Source: Lama glama (lineage: Eukaryota). From it: a stretch of DNA of 64,000 bases. The position numbers and the translations under genes are program-made. Below are positions 23,261 to 36,216 of this stretch, one piece after another; positions within the stretch are counted from its first letter, which is position 1, and each line of letters starts with the position of its first letter. Where the stretch lies: assembly GCA_028534125.1 (NCBI GenBank), contig CM052818.1:44270001-44334000 (forward strand). Direction: 5' to 3'. The notes beneath the pieces were generated by a model. The model saw nothing but the letters and a program-made list of their open reading frames with translations, was not told where the DNA came from and made no database searches.

Positions 23261-24996
23261 ATTAACAACATGCTTAAAATGATGCATTTAGTGCTTTAAA
23301 GATACTCCTCAGCTTTGGGTTTCCGGAGAGGTGAAGGCAGCATCTCCTTCTTCTCCACTTCCCCCTCGGCCTTCCATCTTTTCTTGGCTCCTGTACAAGG
23401 AAGTTCACAGGCATTACCTTCCAAGGGAAGGACTTTCCACCGTCAGCCCCCAGCATGGCCAGTGCCTGCCATAGCATGTTGCATTGGTCTGTCTTTCTCA
23501 GAGAGTCAGGAGGTTTTCAGAGTTTGTAATAAAAGTTTCCTGTGTCACTGTTTCAACAAAAGATGTTTTCTTGACATTCACATCCTAAAATCCTCAGAAC
23601 TTGCCCCCAGATATCGGCCAGCACCTTGAAGCCCTGATACCAGAAGATGAAGTTTCAAGAGGAGACATGCAAAGTCTAGAATGAGGACTGGAAAAGCAAA
23701 CAAAGCAATTTCCAGGGGAATAACTGAAGCTTGACAAGAGCCCTGCAGAAAATGGCTCCAGGTTATGGCTATAAATTTTAAAAGGAAGAAAAGAAAAAAG
23801 AAATTCAAATCCCATGTCTGCATAAGAGAAGGTTTTTCTTTTTGCTGGAATGTCTCTGAAGGATCAGACATAATTAGGAATAAAAGTTTTCCCTGTCTTT
23901 CCACTCCCTGCCTAATTACTAATTAGCTGGGCTATGTGCTGTTAGAAGAAAGATGTGACTAATGTTTAGAAGCCTTCAGAGAAGGACAATGTTATGACAA
24001 CAGAGGAAACCAACTCTGCTGACACAGAGAGTGATGCTTCATTTTTGAGGTACATTTATGTGAAGGTGCATTGCAAATATTTACTGTATGTCACAGAAGA
24101 ACAGCTAAAATTGGCCGTGGTAATCAAGTCTCTGTATTGCAATGTTCTCATCTGTAAAGTGGACCCAAGAATACCTGCCTCCTGACACTGTCATGTTTTT
24201 ACAGTGAGGCAGCAGTGCCCTAGAAGGGTTAAGGCAGTCCTGGGGGAAAGGGGGCCTGGGGGGTCCACTGAGTTACACAATCACTCTCTGCACCAATCAG
24301 GACCCAAGTCCATTTACATTGACAGTCATCTACTGAGCCTGGCATGTCCTAAATGCCATAGAGAATAAAGAAGTGCCACCAAATCCAAGAGAGCTTCCAC
24401 AGCAAGGACCCCACGGCAAGCCACAAGAATTAACACGTTCCTACATCAGATACTGGTGGGTCTGCAGTTGTGTCAAACCACACCACATCCAGTCCTTCGG
24501 CCAAAGATGATGTCCACCATGCAGGTGTCTTGATCAATGTGACACGCTGGGGTATGTTTTTAGACGAGTGAGCTCCGACCAGAAAAGAGAAGACAGTATC
24601 AATCAGATTCGATAGACGTTTTGGTAATTTACTCCTGAGCAGGTGTACAGCACTTAAACATTTGTAAACCATTTTCCCATGTGCGATTTATCCCCTCCTT
24701 ATAGGAAACCCACGAGGGAGGCAGGAACCATTTGAGGATAGACTGAGAATCACAGAAATCAGGGGAGTTTCACAGAGTCACAGGTGGGACAAAATATCTT
24801 CATGGGCTTGGGACTCACGCTGCAGGGACATCCCGCACCAAATAACAGCCACAGGAAAGAGAATCCTTGCTTATCAACCACGCTTTCTTCTCCCCCTTTC
24901 TTCTATGCCTTCCTCCCCTCCCCAGTCACTGGATTATCTGATCAAACAGCCCACAGAGAGTTGTACTGTGGCTCACAGGGCACTGGTAGTATGACT

Positions 24997-25022
24997 ACAC
25001 ACACACACACACATACACACAC
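24997..25022. repeat. Imperfect (AC)n microsatellite
   Basis: Read directly. Confidence 0.9.
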
Positions 25023-25173
25023 CCCTTCCTGCCTTATCCATGCACCTGTATCTAGTCTTTGTGTGCCAGAGAGACCTCAGTGAAATCATTAGAGTTTTGC
25101 TCCTCTGAGATTCTGTAGTTGCAGAGTGGAGTTAACCCAGCGTCTGAAGACAGCTAAAAACCCTCACATTCTA

Positions 25174-25334
25174 AACTCTATTCAATACCTTGTAGTAACC
25201 TATAATGAAGAAGAATATGAAAACAAATATACGTAGATACATGTATGACTGAAACATTATGCTGCACACCAGAAACTGACACATTATAACTGACTACACT
25301 TCAATTTAAAATAATTAAATTTTCAAAAAAAAAA
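25174..25334 (+). mobile_element. Short L1 3' end insertion
   Basis: aactctattcaataccttgtagtaacctataatgaagaagaatatgaaaac...ctacacttcaatt plus A tail. TSD cacattcta (25165-25173 and 25337-25345). Confidence 0.9.
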
Positions 25335-25379
25335 CGCACATTCTAGATGTTTCCTACAGCCTAAAATAATCATCCACAT

Positions 25380-26200
25380 CAGTAGCTTCCAAACTTTTTT
25401 GATCATCCGCCCTATGGGGAAAAAACATTTTGATCACAGACTCCTTGATATATGAAAATTTAATTATAAATTTGGCCTGCATATTTGTAAATCGATGCCT
25501 ATGGAAATATGTGATATGAATGATGAATTATTCAAAGACTACAACATTTTAAAATGAAAGCTGACATAAGAAATACTGAATTTTTATTTTCCTTATTTCT
25601 CTGATTAGGAGAATACAAAACTTAATATGGAAATATTTTAGAGAGAACTATACAATTGAATAAGCTTTATTATTATTTTTAAATCTCAGTTTAAGATTTT
25701 ATATAGAAGTTTAAAGAACTGGTTTTGATTTAGATTTATTTCAATCCTTGGCTTTAATGGTTGTCAGAGATGGAAAAAATACCTCAAAAGAAAAGCGGAG
25801 AAGGGCATAGCTATATGTGCTTAATAAATTATGTTACTTATTTTCCAATCCTTTCCACTGATTATGCAAAGACTTTATTGAAATAACTACTGATGTCAGT
25901 TGGGAGTTACAGCAAACTAATAAAAATGCCATGTATATCTCTCTCAAACAAATGCTGTATAGATCTCTCTCCAACAAGTGAGTTTTAACAAATGAGTTCA
26001 AACTCTACTTCCAAACCCTTTGTCTGAGAAAGTTTTAACTTGCTTGTAATTCTGCCACCAAGTTTTATCTTTTAAATGTGCAGGCATGAGCCTATTTAAG
26101 TGATGTGTTAATTTCAGCAACAAATCACAAAACGATAGAAACGTATCTAACCACCCATGTCCTTTGTTCTCTTCTCATGAAGAACTTTCAAAAATCAGTT
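25380..26200 (-). mobile_element. hAT-Charlie DNA transposon remnant (terminus plus transposase C-terminal region)
   Basis: Terminus cagtagcttccaaactttt resembles the Charlie TIR CAGTGGTTCCCAAACT. The minus strand at ~25725-25790 translates FEVFFPSLTTIKAKD*NK, similar to the hAT dimerisation motif CE.GFS.L..IKTKYRN+L. Confidence 0.7.
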
Positions 26201-26227
26201 ATGGATATGGAACTCACTTTTTAAACG

Positions 26228-26289
26228 TCATAACTGAATCATTTTGCCGTATACCTGAAATGTTGAAAATCAACGATGCTTCAAAAAAA
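26228..26289 (+). mobile_element. Very short L1 3' terminal fragment
   Basis: ataactgaatcattttgccgtatacctgaaa...aaatcaacgatgcttcaaaaaaa aligns with the terminal ~60 nt of the other L1 copies in this window. Confidence 0.65.
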
Positions 26290-28455
26290 GGATGAGATAC
26301 AGCGATCTTTTGGAGACACAGGTCCTGCAGGACCTAACAAGGTGCCTCGTCCCGACCCTCCCACACGGTGGGTGGGTTCAGTGATTTGTCAAACTTGAAG
26401 GAACAAAAAAGCGAGGTTAGAGCCTAAGCACTACCACGTCCATGACGTCAACCACCAAAGTCCCTCCACGGACGTTGCCCCACTTCTAGGAACCCCCAGC
26501 CCACGGAACAGTGAACTCTCCTGTCAGCAAACCTGCCTCCTTGGACCCCAGTCTAAGATTAGATTTTAATTCTCATGCTCCTTGGAGGGGACACTGAGGA
26601 GCTCAGGGACGAAAGGGGACCTTGGTCCTCCAGAGACTGATGCCTTGTTGGTGCGGCAATCACCCTGATTAGAATTTTTATTTTCATGGATGCATAGATT
26701 TTCAAAGAGGAAGCCTCTTCCAGGCTGCATTTCCCAAGCAGCAACCCAGCTGGTGGCATCTTTTCTGTGCCGTTTTGAGCCTCCCCTTTTCATTTTTTAC
26801 ATGGACTGGTAGGAGCACTAGCTTGGCTACCTGGACCGTCCCCCTTTGGGGCAGGGTGTCCCCTACATCTAGCTGGGACCTGACACCTGAGGTCAGTAAA
26901 TGAATGATGGTGATCAAAGACCTTGATCCCAGAAGACAGTGCTTCTTGGGGACTCACACCTGCTATCTTAGCCCCGCCTCCATGGGATTACACAGGAAGT
27001 GGGTCTTGCAGTAACATTACATTCCCTGTTGCCTTAAAAATTCAACAGCACCTCATTTTTCTCGTCTCTACGTTGTGAGAAAACACTGTCCGCACCTCAC
27101 TGAATCAAGGCATTGGCTTCTGCAGGCTGCATCATCACTTCTTATTTGGTGATCGCAGAGCAAAGTACCTGCAAGATGATTCTTGCCTGTCACAGATAAT
27201 TTCAGATTTTTAATACCTTTTTTTTCCTCTCCAGCACATAAAGTCCCAGTACACTTGGCCTTAAATGGCCCGAGGATGTCAAATTACAAGCCAGTGCTTT
27301 GAACAAGAGCACCTCACAAACCGTGATGCAGCCATAAAGACCTCAAAACAACTGTGGCCAATCAAAGAGACAGCAAGTCCAGGAATCAGAGCGTCCTCTG
27401 AGAGACGGTATCTGGCTGGCTCCATCAGTTCCTTCGTGCCCTGAAAAAAGAGTAGGTGAAATCACGGCATCTAATCTTATTTTCCACATCCAACGGATTG
27501 CATTACAAACTTGAAATGTTATATTAAATATTACTGATCAGATGAAAATTTGAACCCTTTATTAATATTTTAGTTTGTTTCTCAGTAGATGGAAGCAGCG
27601 TTCCCAGGGCCTAGAGAATTATATGGGGGGTGAGCATGCGTGGAAGTGCCTAAGGACACAGGATTGCATGAATGCATCTTTATGGGGTTGGCATTTTATG
27701 GGACGATGCTTTCTAAAGGGCAAAAATCTGGCAGCAATCACAAATTCTGGGTCATCCTTCTCCACCTGGTTTGATTTTGATAGCTGGGGAACCCGCAGGC
27801 CCCTGCGGGCCTGGCCTTCTCCTTCAGGTAATGGTCCTTCCACAGGGCCTCCTTGACCGCTACACACACGCACGCATGCGCACAGTCAAACCCAGCTTTG
27901 TTCTCAGGCTACAGCAGTGCTTGGCTGATAATTCCACCTAATTTGACTTTATCTAAATAACTGATGTGATTGGACAAAAAAAAAAGAATTCACAGAAGGT
28001 TCTTTTCAGTGAAACTTGCTGGACCCAGAAAGGCAAAATGAAGTCATGAACCCAGGGATTCAGACAATACTTTGGAAGACACTTGTAGCTCCTGTGAATC
28101 AGTGGCAAATGGTGAAGATACCAAAACAGGCGTGTCTGCCCACCTCGCCTCGGGCTTGGCCCAGGAGACCTGAGAGACCCCCGGGCAGCAAGCCAAGGGG
28201 CCAAAACCGAGACCCCTTTGCTGGAAGGAAATACTTCATAGCAACCCAGCTCCTAGGAAAGTACGTCCATGCAGGGACCAGAGGCTTCCTACTCCTAACC
28301 CTCCCTGCATTTAGGTAGTCACTTGTTCATGTGCAGAAATAAAGGTGGGTTTGATTAGGCACGGAACCACACATGGGGCATTCAGACAAATCACATCCCG
28401 CTCTTGCTCTTGGGCGTCCATGCAGTACTAATAACAATGCAAACAACCACATTTG

Positions 28456-28726
28456 CACAGACACAGAAACCAACTCACTGTTACCAGGGGGGAAGGTGGG
28501 GTGGGGGATAAACTGGGAGTTCGGGATGTGCAGATACTACTACACATAAAGTAGATAAATAACAACGTCCCCCTGTACAGCACAGGGAATTATAATCAAT
28601 AGCTTGTAATAGTCTATAATGAAAAAGAGTACGAAAAGGAAAAATATATATAAATGAATCACTATGTGGTACACCAGAAATTAACACGACCTTGTAAACT
28701 GACTCTACTTCAATTAACATAAAATA
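28456..28726 (+). mobile_element. 5'-truncated lineage-specific L1 3' UTR, inserted at the tail of a MIR
   Basis: G-rich tract, gggataaactgggagttcgggat...gactctacttcaatt. 15-bp TSD aaacaaccacatttg (28441-28455) and aaaccaccacgtttg (28727-28741). Confidence 0.9.
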
Positions 28727-28741
28727 AAACCACCACGTTTG

Positions 28742-28925
28742 TTCATGCACATGCGCTCTGCTAGGCTCCTTAAATTCATCATCTGTGAATCTCAAGACAA
28801 CACTTGGAAGAAGGCATTCATTGTCTTTGTTTTACTGCTGAAGAAGCTAAAGGAGGCAGCATACCATCATCACACGGCGTCGTGCGGCAGAGCCAGGGTT
28901 CGAATGTGATCTACTCACCCGTCTC
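28742..28925 (-). mobile_element. MIR SINE
   Basis: catctgtgaatctcaagacaacac...gttttactgctgaagaagctaaagg...ggcagagccagggttcgaa. Confidence 0.65.
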
Positions 28926-30244
28926 CGAAGCTTGCCGACCCCTTTCCCATGAGGCCTGTTCTCCAGGTCTGAACAGTGGTACTGCGTCTCCTGGGGCCTC
29001 AGACGAGCATCCTTGGCGGCCTGCGCTCTTTCCCAGGCTCCCCCGGGGGTGTCTCCTGGATGAGCTTCAGGACATGCTCATCACTTATGTCACTTTCCTC
29101 CTCCTTCCCAGCCCCACCTCATCCAGGCATCACCACAGGGGTGGTCTGCATGCTGGCATCCTACTGGGGACATCCAAGGGCGGGGCACCTCCAGGCCCAG
29201 CCTCCTGGGCAGCCCAGCTGTTCGGCGTGTTCTGTGCTAAAGGGGAGGAAGAACTTTCTCATCCCGTCAGCATCACACTTGGCAACAGGGACCCCAAAGC
29301 TGAGCTCCTTGTACCCCACATCTTACAGAGGTGGGAATAGAGTCATCTCTTCCTGTCTGGGGACAACCTGAGTGACATACGCCATATTGTAGTCAGAACA
29401 GCTCTTCTGTTGGGCTCTTGTAACTAACCAAACCTCTGTCCCTAACCTTCTTCTGTCCATATACACGTTCTGTTTTCTGCAGGAGGCTTGGATGACACTG
29501 ATGTACCAAGTGGAGCCCAAGGTGGACAGAGAGGAGACTCAAGCTCCCTCACTGCACATGCACGCACACACGCGCACACACACACACCCTTCCCCAAAGT
29601 GAGTACCTCTTCCCTGCCAAGCGGCAACGCTCTTTTTCTACCTTCCCCAGGACTGAAGCTGTACTCTGTGTGTGTTACCCACTCTGAAGCCGCGCAGTGA
29701 GGTTGTACATTGAGGCAGTTTGCTGTCAACAGCACTGGGCGCATCCTTTCCCAGGAAGTCTGCATAGCCAAAGGGTCGCCTGTAAACCTCAGCCATGAGA
29801 AATGCAAAGGAGGCAGCAAGGGAGGACGGACAGAAGGCAATGCTCGGGCTACGCTGAGGATGCTAATGCGATCTTCCTGTAAGAACAGGGGAAGACTCTG
29901 CACAGTGATGGGAGGAGAAGAGGGAGATGGAGAGAGGGATGGAGGCCAGTCACCTCCCTCCACCCGAGTCCACAGCCACAGTGACCAATTTACTTCCTCG
30001 TTTACGCTCTGCAAAGCAGCCAGAGGATGTCAGTGCAGTGGGGTTTGCAGCGAGCAGGAAGCCTCAGAGCAAGGAGGATGTGGTCCAGCCCTGGGAAAGG
30101 GCACTGCACCATGACAAAGCACATCGGTGGAGCCCCCAGAAGCCCCACCGACCTCCCAGAGCCCAGACCCCTCCCCAGGCAGTCCTGACACTTCCTTTTC
30201 CTGGCAGATCAGACCCTCCTTCCTTCCTTGTCTCTCAGCATTTA

Positions 30245-31625
30245 CACGCTGGCATTTATTCCTGCACGCAGTACTTTCCACCTGTGTTGAATGTCTGCTT
30301 GGTGCCAAGTGCTCATCTAGATGCTTGGGAGACAGAAGTCATAAAATAGGCAAAAATCTCTACCTCCTTGAGCTTCTGTTTTGCTGGAGAGAGAGACAGG
30401 CAGTAAATATTATCAACTGGCAAGGTCTCTGCTACGGTACGAGGTGAAAGGGCTATGGGAGAACAGGACACAGAGACGGAGCGGAGGAAGCGCTGGCACC
30501 TGGAGGCAGCAGCTCGCCGAGGTGTTCAAGGGAGGGCCTCCCGCGGGAAGGCCGTGGGAGCAAAGACCTGGAGGGGTGGTATGTGCCACCTGCTGGGGTG
30601 GGCCATGCCTAGAATATTCAGGGATGGCAAGAGGGCCCGTGTGGCCAGAATGCAGTGAGAGAGGGGAAAGAGAAGAAGGAACCAGAGAGGGAGGAGACAA
30701 CCAGAGCTGTGGGGCCACGTAGAGTCTTGAGAAAGCTTTGGGTTGGCCTTAGGCAGGAGGCCATCACAGGTGTGAACAGGGAGGTGACGATCTGACTGCT
30801 TTTTGATCACCATGGCAACCGTGGTAAGAATGGATGAGAAGGCACAGGGGCAGAAGCAGGGCCATCAGTTAAGTGCGGTTATCGAGGTGAGAGATCATGG
30901 TAACTTGTCCTGGTTATTTGCCACGAGGATGCTAACTGCTCAGACTCCAGGGATCCTTTGAAGGCAGAGACAGCAAGATTGCATGTAGGTTGCATGAGGA
31001 GGGATATGAGATATAAACTGGAGGCAGTGTTGATTATAAGTTTATTAATCTGAGAACCTTGAAGGATGGAGCTCCTTTTCCTGAGATGAGAAAACAGGGG
31101 AAAGAGCCACTTGCAGGGAAAAAATCAGGAATTCAGTGTTATACACAACTGGTTTGATACGGCTGATACGAGAAAGATGACAAGGAGGCAATGGATAGAT
31201 GAACCTGAAGGCCAGGGGGCAGGCCTGTGCTACATAAGTAAATTTGGGAAGGGCCAGTGCATGGATGGTGTTTAATTCCATGAGACCTAATGAGATCGCC
31301 TTGGATGTGAGCATCAGTGGAAAGAGAAGAGGTCCGAGGACTGGGTGCTGGGGTCCCAACGTGGAAAGATCAGGGAGGCGAGGAGACTATAGCAGAAGGA
31401 AATGAGCAAAGAACAAATCCAAGTGCAGGATTTATTTCAAAGAAAAAGAAAGTAACCAACTGTGTCTGAGGCTGCTGGAAAGTCAGCTCGGATAAGGACT
31501 GAGGACTGACTGACTGATTTAGCAATCTGGGTGTCCTCTTGTTGGTGACCTTCTGGTGAAGCAACAAGAGCAGTTTCAGGGGAGCAATGGGGAAAAAATG
31601 AATTGGAGCAGCATGGCAGGGCTGG
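30245..31625 (-). mobile_element. LINE-2, 3' portion of a long copy
   Basis: Continuous antisense L2 (ttgaatgtctgcttggtgccaagtgc...gatggtgtttaattccatgagacctaatgagatcgcc...gcaacaagagcagtttcaggggagcaatgggg). Confidence 0.85.
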
Positions 31626-31699
31626 TGAGATGATCACCAATTTCATTTCCTCTCCCTGGGCACTGGGGAGGACCACAGCTGCTTCTCCCAGTCAGTTTC

Positions 31700-32318
31700 A
31701 TCCGTTTCGTAAGTAGGGAACACACTTAAATTTACTCCTAGACATGTAGTTCCTAAATGACCTCTTTGCGTCCTCAACATACCTCTCCAATCTCCCCCTC
31801 TCTCTTCTATCTTCCTTCCTTCTTCCCCTCCCTCCCATGATCAGGCTTGAATGGGAAGACCAGACCTTTAATCTGATCTTTGCTCTGAGTCACTTTATTC
31901 AATTCAGAAGCATCTGAGAATTTTTCCCTCAAAGCCTTATTAAATCCTCCATCTTCTTGTTTAGAGACTAAAAACAGTAGGCTTTTCCAGTCCTAGACTT
32001 ATGTGTTTCCAGTTTCTGGACTTTATGTGTTTTTACTTTTGCTTACAAACTGGCCATTTGTAATCTTTTTTTAATCAAATATCTTCCCCACACAGCCACT
32101 AATACCCTCCACACTTCACTAATGTTCTGCTTTCTAGCTTCCTCTTAGAGCTACGATCTCAGTAAAAATGGGGTTTTACCAAATAATTTTCCACTACATC
32201 ATATGGATGGCTAACTCTCCAGTGCATTATATCTACTTCTTTCATCTCCAAAACTTCCACCAAGCCATTGTCATGCATTCTAGTTTTTTGTCACAGCAAA
32301 AAAAATGTTACCAATGTC
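31700..32318 (-). mobile_element. MaLR (MLT1) internal region fragment
   Basis: The minus strand after the LTR end reads gacattggtaac...gctgtgacaaaaaactagaatg...tggcttggtggaagttttggag, similar to the start of MLT1-int. Left boundary uncertain. Confidence 0.55.
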
Positions 32319-32400
32319 TGCATTAGTCAGGACAAGTGATACTAGAGGTTGTAACAAAAACCTTCCAAATCTCAACGATTTAGCAGGATGAAAGTTTATC
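32319..32400 (-). mobile_element. MLT1-type LTR 3' end
   Basis: tgcattagtcaggacaagtgatactagaggttgtaacaaaaaccttccaaatctcaacgatttagcaggatgaaagtttat is a typical antisense old MLT1 LTR end. Confidence 0.7.
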
Positions 32401-32747
32401 CCATTTCCTTTTCCTGATCATCCTGGAATACTACATTTTTCAGCCTCTTATGTTACACGGGGGCCCCATGGCCTAGATTTCAGGCACAGAAATGTGAGCA
32501 GGAGGATTTGCACCAGCTATAAGCGGGCCTGCCCATAAACCCCCTGTGCAGTCCTGCTCACTCTTCACATTGTGGTCACCATGGAGGCTGCATATTGAAG
32601 ATCACAGCAGAAATACAGACTGACTTCTTGGCTCATCCCCTGGAAAAGAATACAACCCACCCTGACTAGGATGTGAGGGAGAAATAAATGTTTATTGTTA
32701 TATCACTCAAGTAATTCGTTGCAGGATTACTCATACTATCCTGATAC
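32401..32747 (+). mobile_element. Old MLT1 (J/I-like) LTR
   Basis: ctacatttttcagcctctta...gaaatgtgagcagga...tgtgagggagaaataaatgtttattgtta...ctatcctgatac, with the poly(A) signal in the usual position. Confidence 0.7.
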
Positions 32748-33930
32748 TCCAAGGAGAAGAATGGAGGCACCGAGTTAGGACTTTTTGGAACGATTTTTGG
32801 TATAAAGGAAGGAGATAAATGGAGTGATAGAGGGGGAAGTAGATTAAAAAGAGAGAATTCTGTTTTGGTTTTTGTGTGATGGGGAAAATGACTGTATGTC
32901 TGCGCACTCATGGGAAAGATCTGATAGTGAAAAAAACTGATGGTGAGTTCAGTGAGCAGATAAGTGGAGGGAGGAGATGGAATCTGGAATCTGGAACACC
33001 GTATTGGGGATGACACTGTCTATGAACACAGACAATACATCTCTCCCACAGAAGCAGCAGTGGCATATACAGGCACGGATGCAGGCTGATAGATGGAGGG
33101 TTTGATGGATGCTTACAGAAGTTCTTTGAACACTTTAATTTTGTCTGCAAGATCACTAGCTGAGATTGAAAGCTGGAAAGGAGACGTCAGGGGTTTGAGG
33201 AGAAAGATGAGGGTGAATGAAAACAGTTGTCAAGGACTGTAAGACAGTGTATATAAGGCAAAGGAATTATACAACATTGGCTGGACTGCTTTAAGGGTCC
33301 ACTTAAAATGAATAATTGTGGGTGTAAAGCAAGACCAGCATTTTCCCTCCAGCCAAGTCCAACTTCCCACAGTTACACTGAGGCGCCATGGAATTTCAGT
33401 TGAGTAAATAGGGTGGTGACACTATGAGGGTGAGAGACAGTGACAAAACAATAGTAGGATGAACACACTGCAGGGCCCTGCGAGGTTAAAGGACCCCTGG
33501 AGTCAAAGATACTAGAAGAAAGGAGCTGAAAAGGTGATGGAGAACAGAGAAGGTTACTCACAATAGAAAGTTACGGCGGCGCAGGGATGGCTGTTACTGG
33601 TCATGATAAGATCTTGGCGTGTGACTGTGGGAGTGAGTGGCCAAAGCAGGTGGAGGAAAAGGAGGGGAGGAGGCCAAGAATTTGGAGCCCAAGTGTTAAA
33701 AGGGTCATGTGGGTGGATAGTGAAATTGCCCATCATGGAGATGTTCCTCTTACGAACAGTGAGTCAGAAGCTAAAACAGTGATGGGAAGTGATCCAGAAG
33801 TCCATGATGGCTTCAACAAGGAGGGTGGTGGGTGTCTAAATTGGTGGCATAAGAGACTCATAAGGGAAGGTTAGGATATTGAAAGAAAAGAAAGGTCTGG
33901 AATCTACAAAAAGACACAAGGATTTCAAGG
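32748..33930 (-). mobile_element. LINE-2, more 5' portion, likely continuing the 30245-31625 copy
   Basis: The antisense L2-like pattern resumes after the MLT1 block. Minus-strand remnant MGNFTIHPHDPFNTWAP resembles the L2 endonuclease motif LGDFNIH.DD...TLA. Confidence 0.65.
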
Positions 33931-34104
33931 CAACAGAAAATAGGCTTACTTGAGTGGGCTAAACTCCCATTTTATGCCTGGAATGAATGAGTGAATAAAT
34001 GAATATGTCTATCAACAAGATCAAGCTTTTCACTTTAAGGGGAAGGAAACCTAGGCCCAGAGGCCCTTGTTCCAGACCCCTGCGTGAGTTAGGGTCTCCT
34101 CCAG

Positions 34105-34345
34105 AGGGAGCACAGCAGTGGTTGAAATCAGTTCCTGGAGACAGGCTACCTGGGTTAGATACCAGCTCTGCAACTTTAGGCAAATTTCCTTAGCTTCTAA
34201 GAGCCTGTTTCCTCATTTTGAAAAATCATGAATAATAAAAACATCTGCTTGACCAGTTGTTGAAAAAAAAATAGGTTAATGAATTCTTAGAACACAGCCT
34301 GGCATTTAGCAAATAATCTTTAGATGATACCTACGATTATTAACT
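34105..34345 (+). mobile_element. MIR SINE, near full length
   Basis: cacagcagtggttgaaa...ctacctgggttagataccagctctgc...ggcaaatttccttagcttctaagagcctgtttcctcattttgaaaa...cttagaacacagcctggcatttag. Confidence 0.85.
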
Positions 34346-36216
34346 ATGAACTGCGGTCCATCTCTCTACATCTTAAGTTTTTCATTCACATGTTCCCATG
34401 TCTTCCAGCTCTCTGGGCTCAACCTTCCTTTGTATATCCAGGTCAAACAGCCTAGATCCTCACTCCACATTCAGTGGGAAATCTGCCCCACCCCCACCCC
34501 AGGTTTCCAAGGATTCCCAAAGACTTACTCTCTCACACTCACCCCTTGCTCCACACTCCTGCTTCCTGTGAATTCCAGAATGGGATGGTTTTTCACTTCC
34601 TGAGGCTGCTGGCCTTCTCCCTTTACCTCAACCCCTTCAGTATGCAACCCAGACTCTCTCCTTTGCCTTTCAGAGCAACTCTAACCCATGGCAATCCTGG
34701 GAATCCAACGTCTACTAAATATTGAAGACAAACAGCAGCAGAATGGCACCCAACTTCAATTCATACTAGATAGCAAAGTGATATCCTTCTTTTGTCATCT
34801 TGCTAAAAACTTGGATAGATTTTTAAAAACAGCTTAAAGTGATGGGGACTCCTCTCATTACCAAGATTCTTTTCTCTTTCTTTATTCCACCCTTGCCAAA
34901 CACACACACACACCTGCACACACCTGTTCGCTCTACCCTTCCTATCAGTCAAAAAGACTCCAAATTCCTGCAAATTCCTGTTACTTTAATATGCAGATCA
35001 ATTTTCACTCCACTCCAACCATAGACTAGATAGACTAGTCTTAACTTTGTTCATATGAAGGTCAACTCTTGTATATGTGAAGGATTGACCCAGCCTTTTA
35101 AAATTATTTTGTTTGCTTTTTGACACAGTCCAGATTGTTTCTAAACTGCGTTTCCTTCTGCTAACAAGAATGTATCTGTGTGTCAGAAAGCACAGGCCAG
35201 TGCACAAACCTCAGAAACGAGTATGGAATTATAACAAGGGTCTAAGAGGCAGGACCCGTGATGGGAGTGGAGCATGGTTGTGGAAGTGCCACGAAGCAGC
35301 CCTCATGCTCACAGGTTGCATGCTAAACCAGCAGGAGCTGTTGGAAGGAGAGAGTCTCAAAAACAGGTTTCTCTTGAGTGAAAGTCAAGAGCACACCTTT
35401 GGCCGGCACCCATGCCAAGTGTGGGCTGACCCTCCAGGGATGGGCCACGGACAAATTCAAGCCACACAGCCCTTCCCTTGACTCGCAAAAAATGAATGGG
35501 AAAAAAAATGAACGTAAGAAGAAATGAGGCAACACTGTTCCCCGCACTAACTAGTTTTGGTTATCTGTGTTTCACTATCCCTCAGAGAATGGGGGAAATA
35601 AGAAGGAGAAAATAAGACATTTTCTTAAAAAGGAGAAGAGGGGGAGAATGAAAGAGCAACAGCTCTGGAGAGAACATTTGGGAGCCAGCGACTGGGGAGC
35701 AGAGGGCAAGGCTGTGACTTCCGGCAGGAACTGCCCTCCGTCTCACAGCTGAGCAAGGGTGAATTTAGGACTCCGCTTTGATTCTAGGAGACAGCACAGG
35801 AAGCATCGACTGAACTGGCTCCTTTTTAAGTCTGAAAAAGAGAAAACACCCAATCCTCTTGGTGAAAATTCAGAGTCTGATTTATTCTTTACCCTTGATG
35901 ATCCCATTTAAAGCAGGAAATAACATGGTATCAAAAATGTCGATCCAATCTCAGTACATGGATTAAATCTTCATTGTTCTCTTTTAAATCCCACTACCAG
36001 CTCTCCCATTTGAAACACACAGTTGGCTACAGACACGTGTTTCAAATGCAGCCTCCACCCTCGACATAGGGTCACACAGCCATGCAGGAAGAGGCCCTCT
36101 TGTCATAATCCTTCCACATACTGGAAAGGGGTGTTCTAAGGCAACTCTCCCTGCTGGAGGAAGCTGTCACCATTTAAAAATGAACTGTCTTCTTTCATTC
36201 CAGCTCATAATTTATG

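Noticed and set aside
27218..27410. Strong plus-strand acceptor (T-run-cctctccag) as a coding exon
   Set aside because: All three frames hit stop codons within ~70 nt and the following donor is weak.
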